Origin: Octopus sinensis
Taxonomy: Eukaryota
DNA: 19,675 nt
Assembly: GCF_006345805.1 (NCBI RefSeq)
Contig: NW_021824117.1
Span: 1 to 19,675, forward strand
Reading direction: 5' to 3'
Position numbers and translations under genes: made by a program. Below the pieces are notes generated by a model. That model worked only from the letters and a program-made list of their open reading frames with translations, was not told the DNA's origin and did no database searches. Below, in pieces: positions 1 to 10,469 of the stretch (positions within the stretch are counted from its first letter, which is position 1; each line of letters opens with the position of its first letter).

Positions 1-27
1 GAAAATAAAAGATATTTTTCTAGTCAC

Positions 28-94
28 CCTCAGAATCGAGTCTCTGTATTAATGAGCAAATAAATAATTTGTCGTGTGTACTTCATCAGTGAGG
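28..94 (-). ncRNA. Degenerate minimal type-I hammerhead ribozyme (PLE-type)
   Basis: Minus strand reads CCTCA-CTGATGA-a-GTA...TAC-a-GAGAC-TCGA-TTC-TGAGG. Stem I is CCTCA/TGAGG and the CUGAUGA box is intact. The 3' core differs at two positions from GAAAC-TCGA-GTC. Confidence 0.5.
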
Positions 95-242
95 TCGCTA
101 AAATAAATACAATCTTAGCGACCTCTCTGATGAAGTACTGATGACAAATGATAAATGAAAGTATGTTGTCTATTGACTTATTACGCATGCTAGCCTCCGT
201 ATAAAGATTTTCTAAATTTGCTACCCTTATTATTTTCACAGT

Positions 243-296
243 TTATATATATATTATAATACATACATACATACATACACCCACACACACACACAC

Positions 297-376
<80 letters not shown>

Positions 377-590
377 TACATATATATATAGTATATACAT
401 GTATGTATATATATATAAATGTGTGGGGTGTGTATATATATGTATATATATATGTGTGTGTATATACATATATATATATATGTATATACACGCACACATA
501 TATATATACATGCATGTATGCATACATACATACATACATACATACATACTTAATACATACATATGTGTGTGTGTGTTGTGCGGGTGTGTG
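243..590. repeat. Compound (CATA)n/(CA)n/(TA)n/(TG)n microsatellite
   Basis: Directly visible. Overlapping ORFs are YI/CV/HT repeats. Confidence 0.95.
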
Positions 591-1273
591 TGGCGCGTGT
601 TAATTCTTCCTAATTGATAATTTTAATTTTAACTAAGTAGGAGATATTAAGGAAGTATATTTTATACCTGCTGGTGTACTGGTTATATCCTTAAAGTATT
701 ATTTCGTGATGTGCACACAGATACTCTGAGTTTACCTTCAGATATAATCATTGGTTATTTTTGTATTATCTGAAATACAATACCCGCATATCTATGAATC
801 CCCAAACTGAATTAGTATTGATTTCTATTATATATTTTGTATATTTCTAGATAAATATATGATAAAAAAAGATCCTCAGGGTACGTATGCAGATGCACAC
901 ATAATGCTAAAGGATTGTACCTGACTGATTCGGAAATTCGTTTTCCCAAATTATTTAAAGTTACACACATATACACACACACATATATATGAGTTAGAGG
1001 TTAGACAACCATCTAAGGGATAATAAATATCCAATATACTACTGGAGGGATAATATTTATATTCAAAGGCTTACTATGGCAAGGCAATAGTACAATGGAT
1101 AACAGGTACAAGTGGAGGTAAATAAAATTTTATCCAGAGTTTAAAGAGGCAAGGAAGAAAATGAGAGAAAGACTCCATTGACAAAACATCAGCAAGATCC
1201 ATTTATTAATTACAATCATAGGAATAAATAAATGAATAATAAATGACTACTTCTTCTTGCTTATATATGTATG

Positions 1274-1309
<36 letters not shown>

Positions 1310-1439
1310 CAAATAAGCAACAAGAATGTGCTTATTTTATTATAATCACCCCGCAAAATTTTTATGGATAACACATACAAAATTCTGGTGCAACTCAGTT
1401 AAGTATCATATTCATTCGAATCTAAATTTTTGCTGAATC

Positions 1440-1443
1440 ATAT

Positions 1444-1522
<79 letters not shown>

Positions 1523-1527
1523 TATAT

Positions 1528-1573
<46 letters not shown>

Positions 1574-1615
1574 TATGTATATATATATATATATGTTAAT
1601 ATATATATAATATAT

Positions 1616-1660
<45 letters not shown>

Positions 1661-1700
1661 ATATATATATAACATATATATTATACACATATATATATAA

Positions 1701-1748
<48 letters not shown>

Positions 1749-1894
1749 GTATGTATGCATGTATGTATGTATGTATATATGATGTATATGTGTGTGAGTT
1801 GTGTATGTGTATATATATATGTATATATACATGCATACACACACTCATACATACATATATATATATTGTGTGTGTTATATATTATATATATATG

Positions 1895-1932
<38 letters not shown>
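1440..1932. repeat. (TA)n-dominated microsatellite
   Basis: Directly visible. Confidence 0.95.
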
Positions 1933-1934
<2 letters not shown>

Positions 1935-3955
1935 TGTAACTTTGATAGGTTTCGGCCAGTATAGGCCCCAGGCCATGTCTAACTTAATAGCACCACCTGG
2001 TCAAGTCATTCAGTCACATATTGAGTACCACGTCTCACTCTAGCAAAGGGTTATTATTGTTGGAGACATACCCGGGTGTGTGAGGTTGGTCCGGGATTTT
2101 TTGAAGAAATCTGTCCAGTGAACTTTCAATTTTATGGGAACCATTTCCGTTTTGACGTATTTTGGTATGGTATTAAAGAGAGCTTTTGGTATGGTATTAA
2201 AGTAAAGTAGTTGTGACGTAATGTTGCTATGTGTCTTGAGTTCAAATTTTTGTGGTGAGCGGATACCACGGGGACCAAGTCTTGGATGGATTTTAAAATT
2301 GATGCCAACATCATTTGTGCAATATTGATGGAATATTTTCCACGTCACACAAATGGCGGTGTTGGAGAAAGTAGACGTTGAGTTTTTTAGTCAACCCCAA
2401 TAGTCAATGCCTCTCATGCCGCCTATCTTTCTTGTTATTGACCTCTGGAGTGCTTCCACTTTCATAATGAGTTGTTTCGTGTGGGGAGACCACAGTGGGC
2501 AACAGTACTCAAGGTGGGGTCGGACAAAAGTAGAGTAGAGAAGGATAATGTGGGCACCTCTAGACCGGAAAGTTCTCAGAATCCAGGAGCACATCTTGCG
2601 GGCCAAGCCAGCCTTGCTGTTTACGTGGGTCCTCCAGCTTAGATTGTTATCAACAATTACTCCAAGGTCTCTGGTGTTATTGGATGATACTATGCATATG
2701 GTAGTTTCCAAAGTGGATCAAATTAAACTTATCTTCATTTAAAAGCATATTGTTTTTTTCTTTCTATTGGACAATAGCAAACAGATCCGAAGGCATGTTC
2801 GGTCCTCCATACGGTTTATGGCTTTCTGGAGTTTGGAATCATCTGCAAAGATTTTCAATGTAGAATGTTTGATGACGTCTACTGAGTAATTGATGTAGCT
2901 AATGAAAGGGAGTGGGTCCAACACAATACCTTGTGGGACACCACTACTGACTTTGGTTAAGCTGGGTCGGATTCCCTCAAACACAACATGTTGGGTTCTG
3001 TTTGTCAGAAAACACTTTATCCACTTCAGCAGCTTTCCACGGGCTCCAATGTTGAACCGTTTCTTCAGCAGGATTTTGTGGTCCACTCTGTCAAATGCTT
3101 TGCTGAAATCAAGGTGTATGAGGTCAGTGTTGGGGCCCTCTCTCAACGCTTTTAAGATGTCATCAAAATGGTGCAGAAGCCGCGACACGCAGTCCCTGCC
3201 ATCAGGGAAACCATGCTGGTTGGGGTTCAGCAGATTGTTGTCTTCGAGGAATTGAGTTATTCGCGATCTCACCCCACTCTCAAATACTTTAATGATGTGA
3301 GAAGTGAGTGAAATGGGACGGTAGTTCACTGGAAGAGATTTGTTTCCCTTTTTGAAGACTGGAACGACAGACTGGGAAAGAAAATAATCAGGAATGTAGC
3401 CTGCATCAATTGAGCTTCTCCAGAGCTCAGTTAGAGGTGGGTGCAATTTGATGTCGATACATCTTCAGTACAGTGGCGGGGAACTCATCGGGACCTACTG
3501 CCGAGTTGTGCTTGATCTTATTTATTTCTGTTAGGATATCAGGGGCACCAAAATGTATGTCAGATATGGTTAGTTGTGGGTTCACATCACAGATATTAGC
3601 CAGATCAAACGCATTAGCGTTACTGAAAACAGAGCGGTATTGCCTCTGCAGTATCCTCGCACATGGATTTTGCATCTTCGTGTAGAGTGTTGTTCTCATG
3701 AACCAGAGGACCAACAGTGGAAGCAGTGACCTCATGTTTTGTTTTTTTTTTTTGCAAATGAAAAGAAGACTTTTGGATTGAGTTTTATTTTCTCCATGGC
3801 CCCAATTCTCCTCAGCTGCTCTTTGCTTGCTAATGATGGTCATCATGCTCTTTTGCGGGGTTGTGTCCTTTCGATTCGAGTGATGCAATGGCAGTGGAAT
3901 GGGTGCGTTGCTGCTGCAGCAGTATTTATGTTGATTGATTTTCTTGTTAATTCTA
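1933..3955 (-). mobile_element. 5'-truncated, frameshifted non-LTR retrotransposon (CR1/L2-group LINE): ORF2 reverse transcriptase plus 3' end
   Basis: Motifs across frames: IKLNPKVFFSFAK, VGPL, SAVGPDEFP, YRPISLTSHIIKVFE, QHGF, LDFSKAFDRVDH, SSGVPQG, IFADDSKL, RDLGVIVD, RPHLEYCCPLWSPH. Several frameshifts and deletions. Flanked by TA microsatellites. Confidence 0.92.
2739..3446 (-). pseudogene. LINE reverse transcriptase core fragment (235 aa open stretch)
   Basis: RT motifs LDFSKAFD, GVPQG and FADD in one frame, with frameshifts at both ends. Confidence 0.88.
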
Positions 3956-3979
3956 CATATTATGCTGTATGTATATAAC

Positions 3980-4035
<56 letters not shown>

Positions 4036-4061
4036 TATATATATAATTAATTAATAATAAT

Positions 4062-4314
4062 AATATTAGGGAATATATCCAAACTTACAGGGAAAAATAG
4101 ATTAGGATTAAATCCAATTTTATAGTATAATATATTATATTATATTATATTATATTAGAGATAAAACACTATTAGGCAAATCAAACAGTGAAAAATATAA
4201 GCCAATACATAAAATAATTAAAAAATATAAAAGTAAAATAAAAAAATAAAAAATAAAAATTATTTAAATAATTTAAACTTATAAATTCTATAAATTTTAT
4301 ATATATATATACAA

Positions 4315-4346
<32 letters not shown>

Positions 4347-4711
4347 ATTTTTATATTTATATATTATTTTATTTATTAATTAATTAATTAATTTAAAATT
4401 TTTTTAAAATATATATCAAAAGTATTATCTTTTATTAAACTTTTAATACTTTTGATATATATTTAAAAAAAAAAATAAATAAATTGATTAATTAATTAAA
4501 TAATATATAAATATAAAATATACATACATACATATATATATATATTTGTATATATATATAAAATTATTAAAATTTATAAGTTTAAATTATTTAAATAATT
4601 TTTTATTTTTTATTTTTACTTTTATATTTTTTAATTAATTTTATGTATTGGCTTATATTTTTCACTGTTTGATTTGCCTAATAGTGGTTTATCTCTAATC
4701 AATATAATATA

Positions 4712-4715
<4 letters not shown>
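4062..4715. repeat. Foldback of an AT-rich interspersed repeat (arms ~4140-4427 / 4444-4715, 16-nt loop), homologous to 9503-9722
   Basis: ctattaggcaaatcaaacagtgaaaaatataagccaatacataaaa is the reverse complement of 4639-4684. The same family is seen at 9560-9710. Confidence 0.85.
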
Positions 4716-4747
<32 letters not shown>

Positions 4748-5087
4748 ATATATAATGTGTGTATTGATGATTGTAAAATGAAAGTAATTGCATTTTGACT
4801 TCCTAACAATTACGTCTTATGCATTATTGAGCTAATCTCATGTCACGTGGTAGCAGTTTGAATATGCTTAACTAACATTATTTATATTATATAGACTCAA
4901 CTTGAAAGACGGCCGATATCTACTTAACAACGAAAATATTTTTAGTGAATTATACACAGAATTCAATAGTATAAAATATAGTATATATATACATACAACA
5001 TAATATATACATATATATATATATATATATATTATATATAATATTTATATATATATATTTATATATATATATATATATATAATCTAT

Positions 5088-5170
<83 letters not shown>

Positions 5171-5493
5171 TATGTTGTATGTATAATATATACTAATTTT
5201 ATACTATTGAATTCTGTGTATAATTCACTAAAAAATATTTCGTTGTTAAGTAGATATCGGCGTCTTTCAAGTTGAGTCTATATAATATACAATAATGTTA
5301 GTTAAGCATATTCAAACTGCTACCGCGCGTGACTGAGATTAGCCAAATAATGCATAAGACGTAATTGTTAGAAGTCCAAAATGCAATTACTTTCATTTTA
5401 CAATCAATCAATACACACATAATATATATATATGATATATATATATATATTATATGAATAGAGTAAAACCATATTAGGCAAATCAAACAGTGA
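4662..5493. repeat. Large inverted repeat (arms ~4662-5010 / 5161-5493) around a (TA)n spacer
   Basis: For example, tagactcaacttgaaagac (~4892) pairs with gtctttcaagttgagtcta (~5262). Arms differ mainly by small indels. Confidence 0.85.
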
Positions 5494-5839
5494 TGGACAT
5501 AATATATATATATATATAATATATATATATATATAATATATATATTATACCAAAATTTAATTTACGAAGTGGTCCATTATTCTATATTATCCATGTAAAC
5601 TAATTAAAAAAATGATAATAACAGAATCAATGACACAAGCAATAGCAGGCCAAAAATAGCCTTAAATAGCCGAGGGATTAGAATTAATCAAAGGACATAC
5701 TAAGTATGTCTACCTGCTTGAAATAACAGTCAAAGCTCTTATTAAATCGCCAAAAATACACTGATGAAAACTACAGAAATTAAACGAAGGCAAAATCAGG
5801 TTAAGACAATCTACTAACATACATTTAAGTTTCTGGACT

Positions 5840-5893
5840 CACGTGAACCGGTTTCTGCATTGGTAAAATAAGCCTTAGCTTCTTCAGCACGCG
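5840..5893 (-). ncRNA. Minimal type-I hammerhead ribozyme (left arm copy)
   Basis: Minus strand reads CGCGTG-CTGAAGA-aGC...GCa-GAAA-CCGG-TT-CACGTG. Stem III palindrome is ACCGGT. Stem II is weak. Confidence 0.68.
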
Positions 5894-5978
5894 TTACCAT
5901 GATTAGAGATTATCAACCCATCGTCTTGAAGTCTGTGCTGCAATTGATTCTGCAACTGGGAATCTCTAATCATGGTAA

Positions 5979-6032
5979 CACGTGCTGAAGAAGCTAAGGC
6001 TTATTTTGCCAGTGCAGAAACCGGTTCACGTG
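5979..6032 (+). ncRNA. Minimal type-I hammerhead ribozyme (right arm copy)
   Basis: CACGTG(5979-84)-CTGAAGA(5985-91)-aGC...GCa-GAAA(6017-20)-CCGGTT-CACGTG(6027-32). 6-bp stem I. Predicted GUU cleavage after 6026. Confidence 0.72.
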
Positions 6033-6647
6033 AGTCCAGATACTTAAATGTATGTTAGTAGATTGTCTTAACCTGATTTTGCCTTCGTTTGATTTCTGTA
6101 GTTTTCATCAGTGTATTTATGGCGATTTAATAAGAACTTTGACTGTTATTTCAAGCAGTTGAATCTTTTTACGGCAAAAGACACCATTTACAGAAACATT
6201 CAGTGTAGAAGTAATCTTTCATATTGAATATTCCTCTTTTCCTAGAGTTAGGATTTTTTTTTGAGAAAAAAAAAAGAGATTATTGTTGCAAATTGAAATA
6301 ACAAAATTCAAAAGAGCTTTTATAAATTTTCTCAGAAATAAATTTCATTCTATAGAAATGAAACTAACCAAAGCTAAACTTTACGATGATTCTGATAACA
6401 TTTGGTGTCATATCTAAACAGCAAAACACGATTTCTGTTCTGGTGATTTTAATACGATATATTATACGAACCAATGCTGTAATCTCTTAAAAGACAAAAT
6501 TCATGCAAATATCTGAATTTCTGTATGTTTGTATTATTTTACGACCAGCGGTTGCGACGATCTATTTGTTATATTTGACAAGCCATAAATGACTGCCACT
6601 GTTAAATAAATTAGCTTTTGAATAAAAAAAAAAACTGAAGTGTATTT

Positions 6648-6668
6648 AAACTTTTGGACGGTGGTGTG
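6648..6668. mobile_element. Possible orphan Tc1-like terminal inverted repeat end
   Basis: aaacttttggacggtggtg resembles the reverse complement of CACTACCGTyCAAAAGT-type Tc1 termini (recalled, not searched). No partner TIR seen. Confidence 0.25.
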
Positions 6669-6890
6669 TATGTGTGTGTGCGTGTGTAATTTTAATTATA
6701 TCATCCGCATGAGCAGTACAGTCCGACAAAACATTAGTTTTCTAAAAATTCTCAAATCTTTCATGACTCTTAAAATTTTAACAACTCTTTGAATCTCTTA
6801 ACTCTGGTAATAGAAGTAAAGATAATTGCCAGGGTTGGAGTTAGCTCACCCATACCAACCTATATCTTCCCGAAATGGCCGTATCGTATA

Positions 6891-6940
<50 letters not shown>

Positions 6941-7058
6941 GTATGTATAATATATATACACTTTATATATATATATATAATATATATACATATATATATC
7001 TATATATATATATATATATATATATGCGTATATACACACACACCACAGACACCACACG

Positions 7059-7096
<38 letters not shown>

Positions 7097-7100
7097 ATAT

Positions 7101-7281
7101 ATTCAACAATATAAGGAATGGCCATAATAGGCCATTCGACTCACTAGAAAGAGCAGCCAAACTCAACCGCTAAATAGTTGTAATTCTGAAATTGAAAGAG
7201 AAAGGAAAAAACATTTACCCCCTGGCTGCTCTTTCTAGTGAGTCGAATGGCCTATTATGGCCATTCCTTATATTGTTGAAT
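7101..7281. repeat. Perfect 59-bp inverted repeat (7101-7159 / 7223-7281), 63-bp spacer, embedded in (TA)n
   Basis: attcaacaatataaggaatggccataataggccattcgactcactagaaagagcagcca and its exact reverse complement. Confidence 0.95.
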
Positions 7282-7341
7282 GTATATTATATAGAGAATT
7301 TTTTCTAGAATTTTTTGCTACCCCCATATATTTATATATAT

Positions 7342-7394
<53 letters not shown>

Positions 7395-7435
7395 ATATAT
7401 ATATATAATATCTATATATATATATATATATATAT

Positions 7436-7550
<115 letters not shown>

Positions 7551-7569
7551 GTATGTATGCATGTATATA

Positions 7570-7866
7570 TGTGAGAAAATAGTTTCAGTATTAATAGTGA
7601 AAGTATTAAACTGAAAGTCTCATATTACAATAGACATGTTATAGTTTCACTTTTCACACGTAATACTGAAATGGTGTAAGAGATAAGAGATTGCTCCGGG
7701 CACGCATTAGGCAAGAAGTTGAAATTCTTTTGGCCCATGACACAACATGGACCCTCAGTAAGGCATGTGTAAAATTTGAATGAAATCGGTTGGGTAGCTC
7801 TAGAGTTTTAGTGATGCACACATACAGACATACAGACAGACACACATTCTCAGCATTATATATATC
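7570..7866 (-). mobile_element. Non-autonomous Helitron-like element, 5' portion
   Basis: Minus strand reads tatatataatgctgagaatgtgtgtctgtctg...caaccgatttcattcaaatttt. This layout (TATATA start, CTGT microsatellite, accgattt..aaattt) is typical of Lep1-like Helitron MITEs, recognised from memory. Confidence 0.45.
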
Positions 7867-7924
7867 TACACACACATATATATATAATATATAAATATTT
7901 ATATATATATATATAATATATAAC

Positions 7925-7956
<32 letters not shown>

Positions 7957-7977
7957 GATATATATAATATAATTATA

Positions 7978-8049
<72 letters not shown>

Positions 8050-8094
8050 GTAAAAAGTGAAAAAACTACAGAAGGCTTAAAGGTTAAGAAATAT

Positions 8095-9407
8095 ATATAT
8101 TTGCGTCAATATGTCTGAAGAATATTAAAAATTAAAAAAAAATTTTTTTTTTTCTTACAATGACATAATTTAGAAGAAAGACCGGTTTCGCGTTCAGCTT
8201 TTCAAATTTCTTGCGACGTTATGCTTATCTTGAACAGTTATCTTTATGTTTATGTTTAAAAGAGTTCTAAATAAGGGGAGGTAATGAGTGATTTCTTCCG
8301 GTGTAAGGGAGATAATCGCTTAAAATTGTTTTTTAATTTTTTTCCTTTCCCTTGGTGTAAATTTCTCTGTATCAGTATGTTGGCATGTACTTTTCAATGA
8401 AGAATGTTTCCTTGTTTAGTCTAATTTGTGTTGATGATCCGATAGCACATTGGTAAAATGGAAAGATTAAAAATTGTGGTAGTAATTGCTTTGCGCATTT
8501 CTCAATGTGCTCGCTAAAAGGTATCATTCTGTATTCTGGGAATGCAATCTGTTGTCGATGCAGTGTGCATCTACGTCTGAGTGATAGTCCCGTGGATCCC
8601 ACGTAGTCTTGGTGGCAGCCCGAGCATTTATGACATAAATTATGTTTTCAGAGGCACAAGTAAAGTTAGATTGATCTTGAATTTCTGTCCCTCTTTTAAA
8701 GAGGAATTCTGATCCTTCTAGCAGGTTGGACAGTTGCACAGTTCGATCTACCACATTTTTTTACTTTTGCATTCGTAATTTCAGAAAACAATTGTGCCTT
8801 TGTGAGAATCTTTTTAAGTGATTTAGGTTGTTTGTTTAGCTTTTAATGATTTGGTGTATGTTTAGAATTCCTTTAATTTGGGGTCCTTATGAAGTATTGG
8901 TAAATTCTGGGTGATGATGGTGAAGGCTTCTTTGTTTTGAGGTTGTATGTAGATATGTAAGGTAGTATTTTCGGGGAAGGTGTGTTGTGGTTGAACTTTC
9001 TTAAAGTTTCTATGTTGATTTCTGTTGCACGTCTGATCCCATCCTCTATGAGTTGAGCTGGGTAATGTCTGTCAGTTAGGGTGTTTTTGAGTTCTTGCAG
9101 TCTAAAGTTCCTGGTATTTTGTTCTGACACTATTGTGCATATCCTTCTTGCAAGGTTGAAGGAGATGTTTGTTTTAGTGTGTCTTGGGTGGCATGAATTA
9201 AAAAGAAGGTATTGTTTGGCGGTCTGTGGCTTTGTAAAAAATGTCTGTTTCTATTTTAAGTTTAATTTTTTAATTAGTATATCCAAGAACGGGAGCTCCT
9301 TTTGGTTGTATTCCATTGTGAACTGTATATTTGGGTTTATGCTGTTCAATAGGTTTTTAAATTTTAGGAGTTTATCTGTGTTTTCATTCCAGAGTATAAA
9401 ACAATTG
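8095..9407 (-). mobile_element. 5'-truncated Penelope-like element: RT C-terminus/thumb, GIY-YIG endonuclease and 3' UTR
   Basis: Minus-strand translations: CFILWNE, NPNIQFTME, ELPFLDILI, QYLLFNSCHPRHTKTNI, LARRICTIVS, RHYP, FTCASENIIYVI...DYVGSTGLSLRRRCTLH, RLNKETFFIEKY. Frameshifted. Confidence 0.92.
8174..8212 (-). ncRNA. Hammerhead-like motif with U3-A8 core in the PLE 3' UTR
   Basis: Minus strand reads AAGAAAt-TTGAAAA-GC-tgaac-GC-GAAA-CCGG-TC-TTTCTT. It lies ~160 bp 3' of the GIY-YIG stop on the same strand. Stem I needs a 1-nt bulge. Confidence 0.6.
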
Positions 9408-9722
9408 ATTAAACCTTCGCCAAGTTAAATATATAAACCACCTGAAGAATGACTGTAACTCGAAAATTTTAAGAATTGAACAGCCATGAAACGATCGTAG
9501 TGTAATATTAATTATCTTTTTTAATAATTTTGATATATATTTAAATAATATAAGTTAATTAATCTTATGTATTGGCTTAAGTTTTTCATCGTATGATTTG
9601 CCTAATAGTGGTTTTATCTCTAATTTAATATAATATAATATTTTACTATAAAATTGGATTCAATCCTAAATCTGATTTTTCCCTATAAGTTTGGATTTAT
9701 TCCCTAATATTTTCTTATTAAT
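9408..9722 (+). mobile_element. Non-coding HHR-bearing interspersed repeat (solo PLE pseudo-LTR or retrozyme-like)
   Basis: Contains the HHR at 9439-9502. Its downstream part is homologous to 4062-4215 (reverse) and 4441-4715. Ends in (TA)n. Confidence 0.6.
9439..9502 (+). ncRNA. Minimal type-I hammerhead ribozyme, intact core
   Basis: CAC-CTGAAGA(9442-48)-ATGACTGT...ACAGCCAT-GAAA(9488-91)-CGATCG-TA-GTG. Stem II has 7/8 pairs, stem III palindrome is ACGATCGT, and predicted GUA cleavage is after 9499. Confidence 0.82.
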
Positions 9723-9793
9723 TTATATATGTATATATATATACATATGCATGTTGCACACATGCATAGAACACACACACACATATAATTGTA

Positions 9794-10469
9794 TGAAAAT
9801 CTTTGCAGATGATTCCAAACTCTAGAAAGCCATAAACGGCATGAGAGACCAAACATGCCATCAGTCAGATCCATTTGCTATTGTCCAATGGATGGAAAGA
9901 AACAATATGCTTTTAAATGAAGATAAGTTTAATTTGATCCACTTTGGGAAAGAGGATACTCTGAAATGACCATATGCTCTTTCCCTCGGGCGACTCCCTA
10001 GTGTCATCCAACAACACCAGAGATCTTGGAGTAATTGTTGATAACAATCTAAGCTGGAGGACCCACGTAAACAGCAAGGTTGGCTTGACCTGCAAGATGT
10101 GCTCCTGGATTCTGAGAACTTTTCAGTCTAGAGATGCCTACACCATCATCCTTCTCTACTCTACTTTTGCCCGACCCCACATTGAGTACTTTTGCCCACT
10201 GTGCCCCCCCCCATACGAAGCAACTCATTGTGAAAGTAGAAGCACTCCTGAGGTCAATAACAAGAAAGATAGACGGCATGAGAGGCATTGACTATTGGGG
10301 TCGACTAAAAAAACGCAACGTCTACTTTCTCCAACACCGCCAGGAGCGCTACATCAATTGTGTGACGTGGAAAATATTCCATCAATATTGCACAAATGAT
10401 GTTGGCATCAATTTTAAAATCCATCCAAGACTTGGTCCCCGTGCTATCCGCCCACTACAAAAATCGAAC
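9794..10469 (+). mobile_element. Second, doubly truncated copy of the CR1/L2-group LINE at 1933-3955 (opposite orientation)
   Basis: Runs from KIFADDSKL to HPRLGPR and closely matches the reverse complement of ~2240-2857. Confidence 0.92.

Larger units (their letters stand above)
5714..6158. repeat. Inverted repeat, 198-bp arms (5714-5911 / 5961-6158), 49-bp spacer, one HHR per arm
   Basis: Paired positions sum to 11872 at both ends and at the HHRs, so there are no net indels. A few substitutions are present. Confidence 0.95.

Noticed and set aside
190-1964. Many ORFs rich in YI/CV/HT (also 6826-7926, 13415-13699, 14623-16332, 17546-17894)
   Set aside because: They are translations of stop-poor microsatellites, not genes.
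4895-4950. CTTGAAAGA...CGAAA hammerhead-like spacing in the 4662-5493 arms
   Set aside because: The core has insertions and no convincing stems.
5761-5780. CTGATGA-aaactaca-GAAA as an extra hammerhead
   Set aside because: No stem II, stem III or stem I pairing.
8115-8121. Plus-strand CTGAAGA
   Set aside because: No properly placed GAAA or stems downstream.
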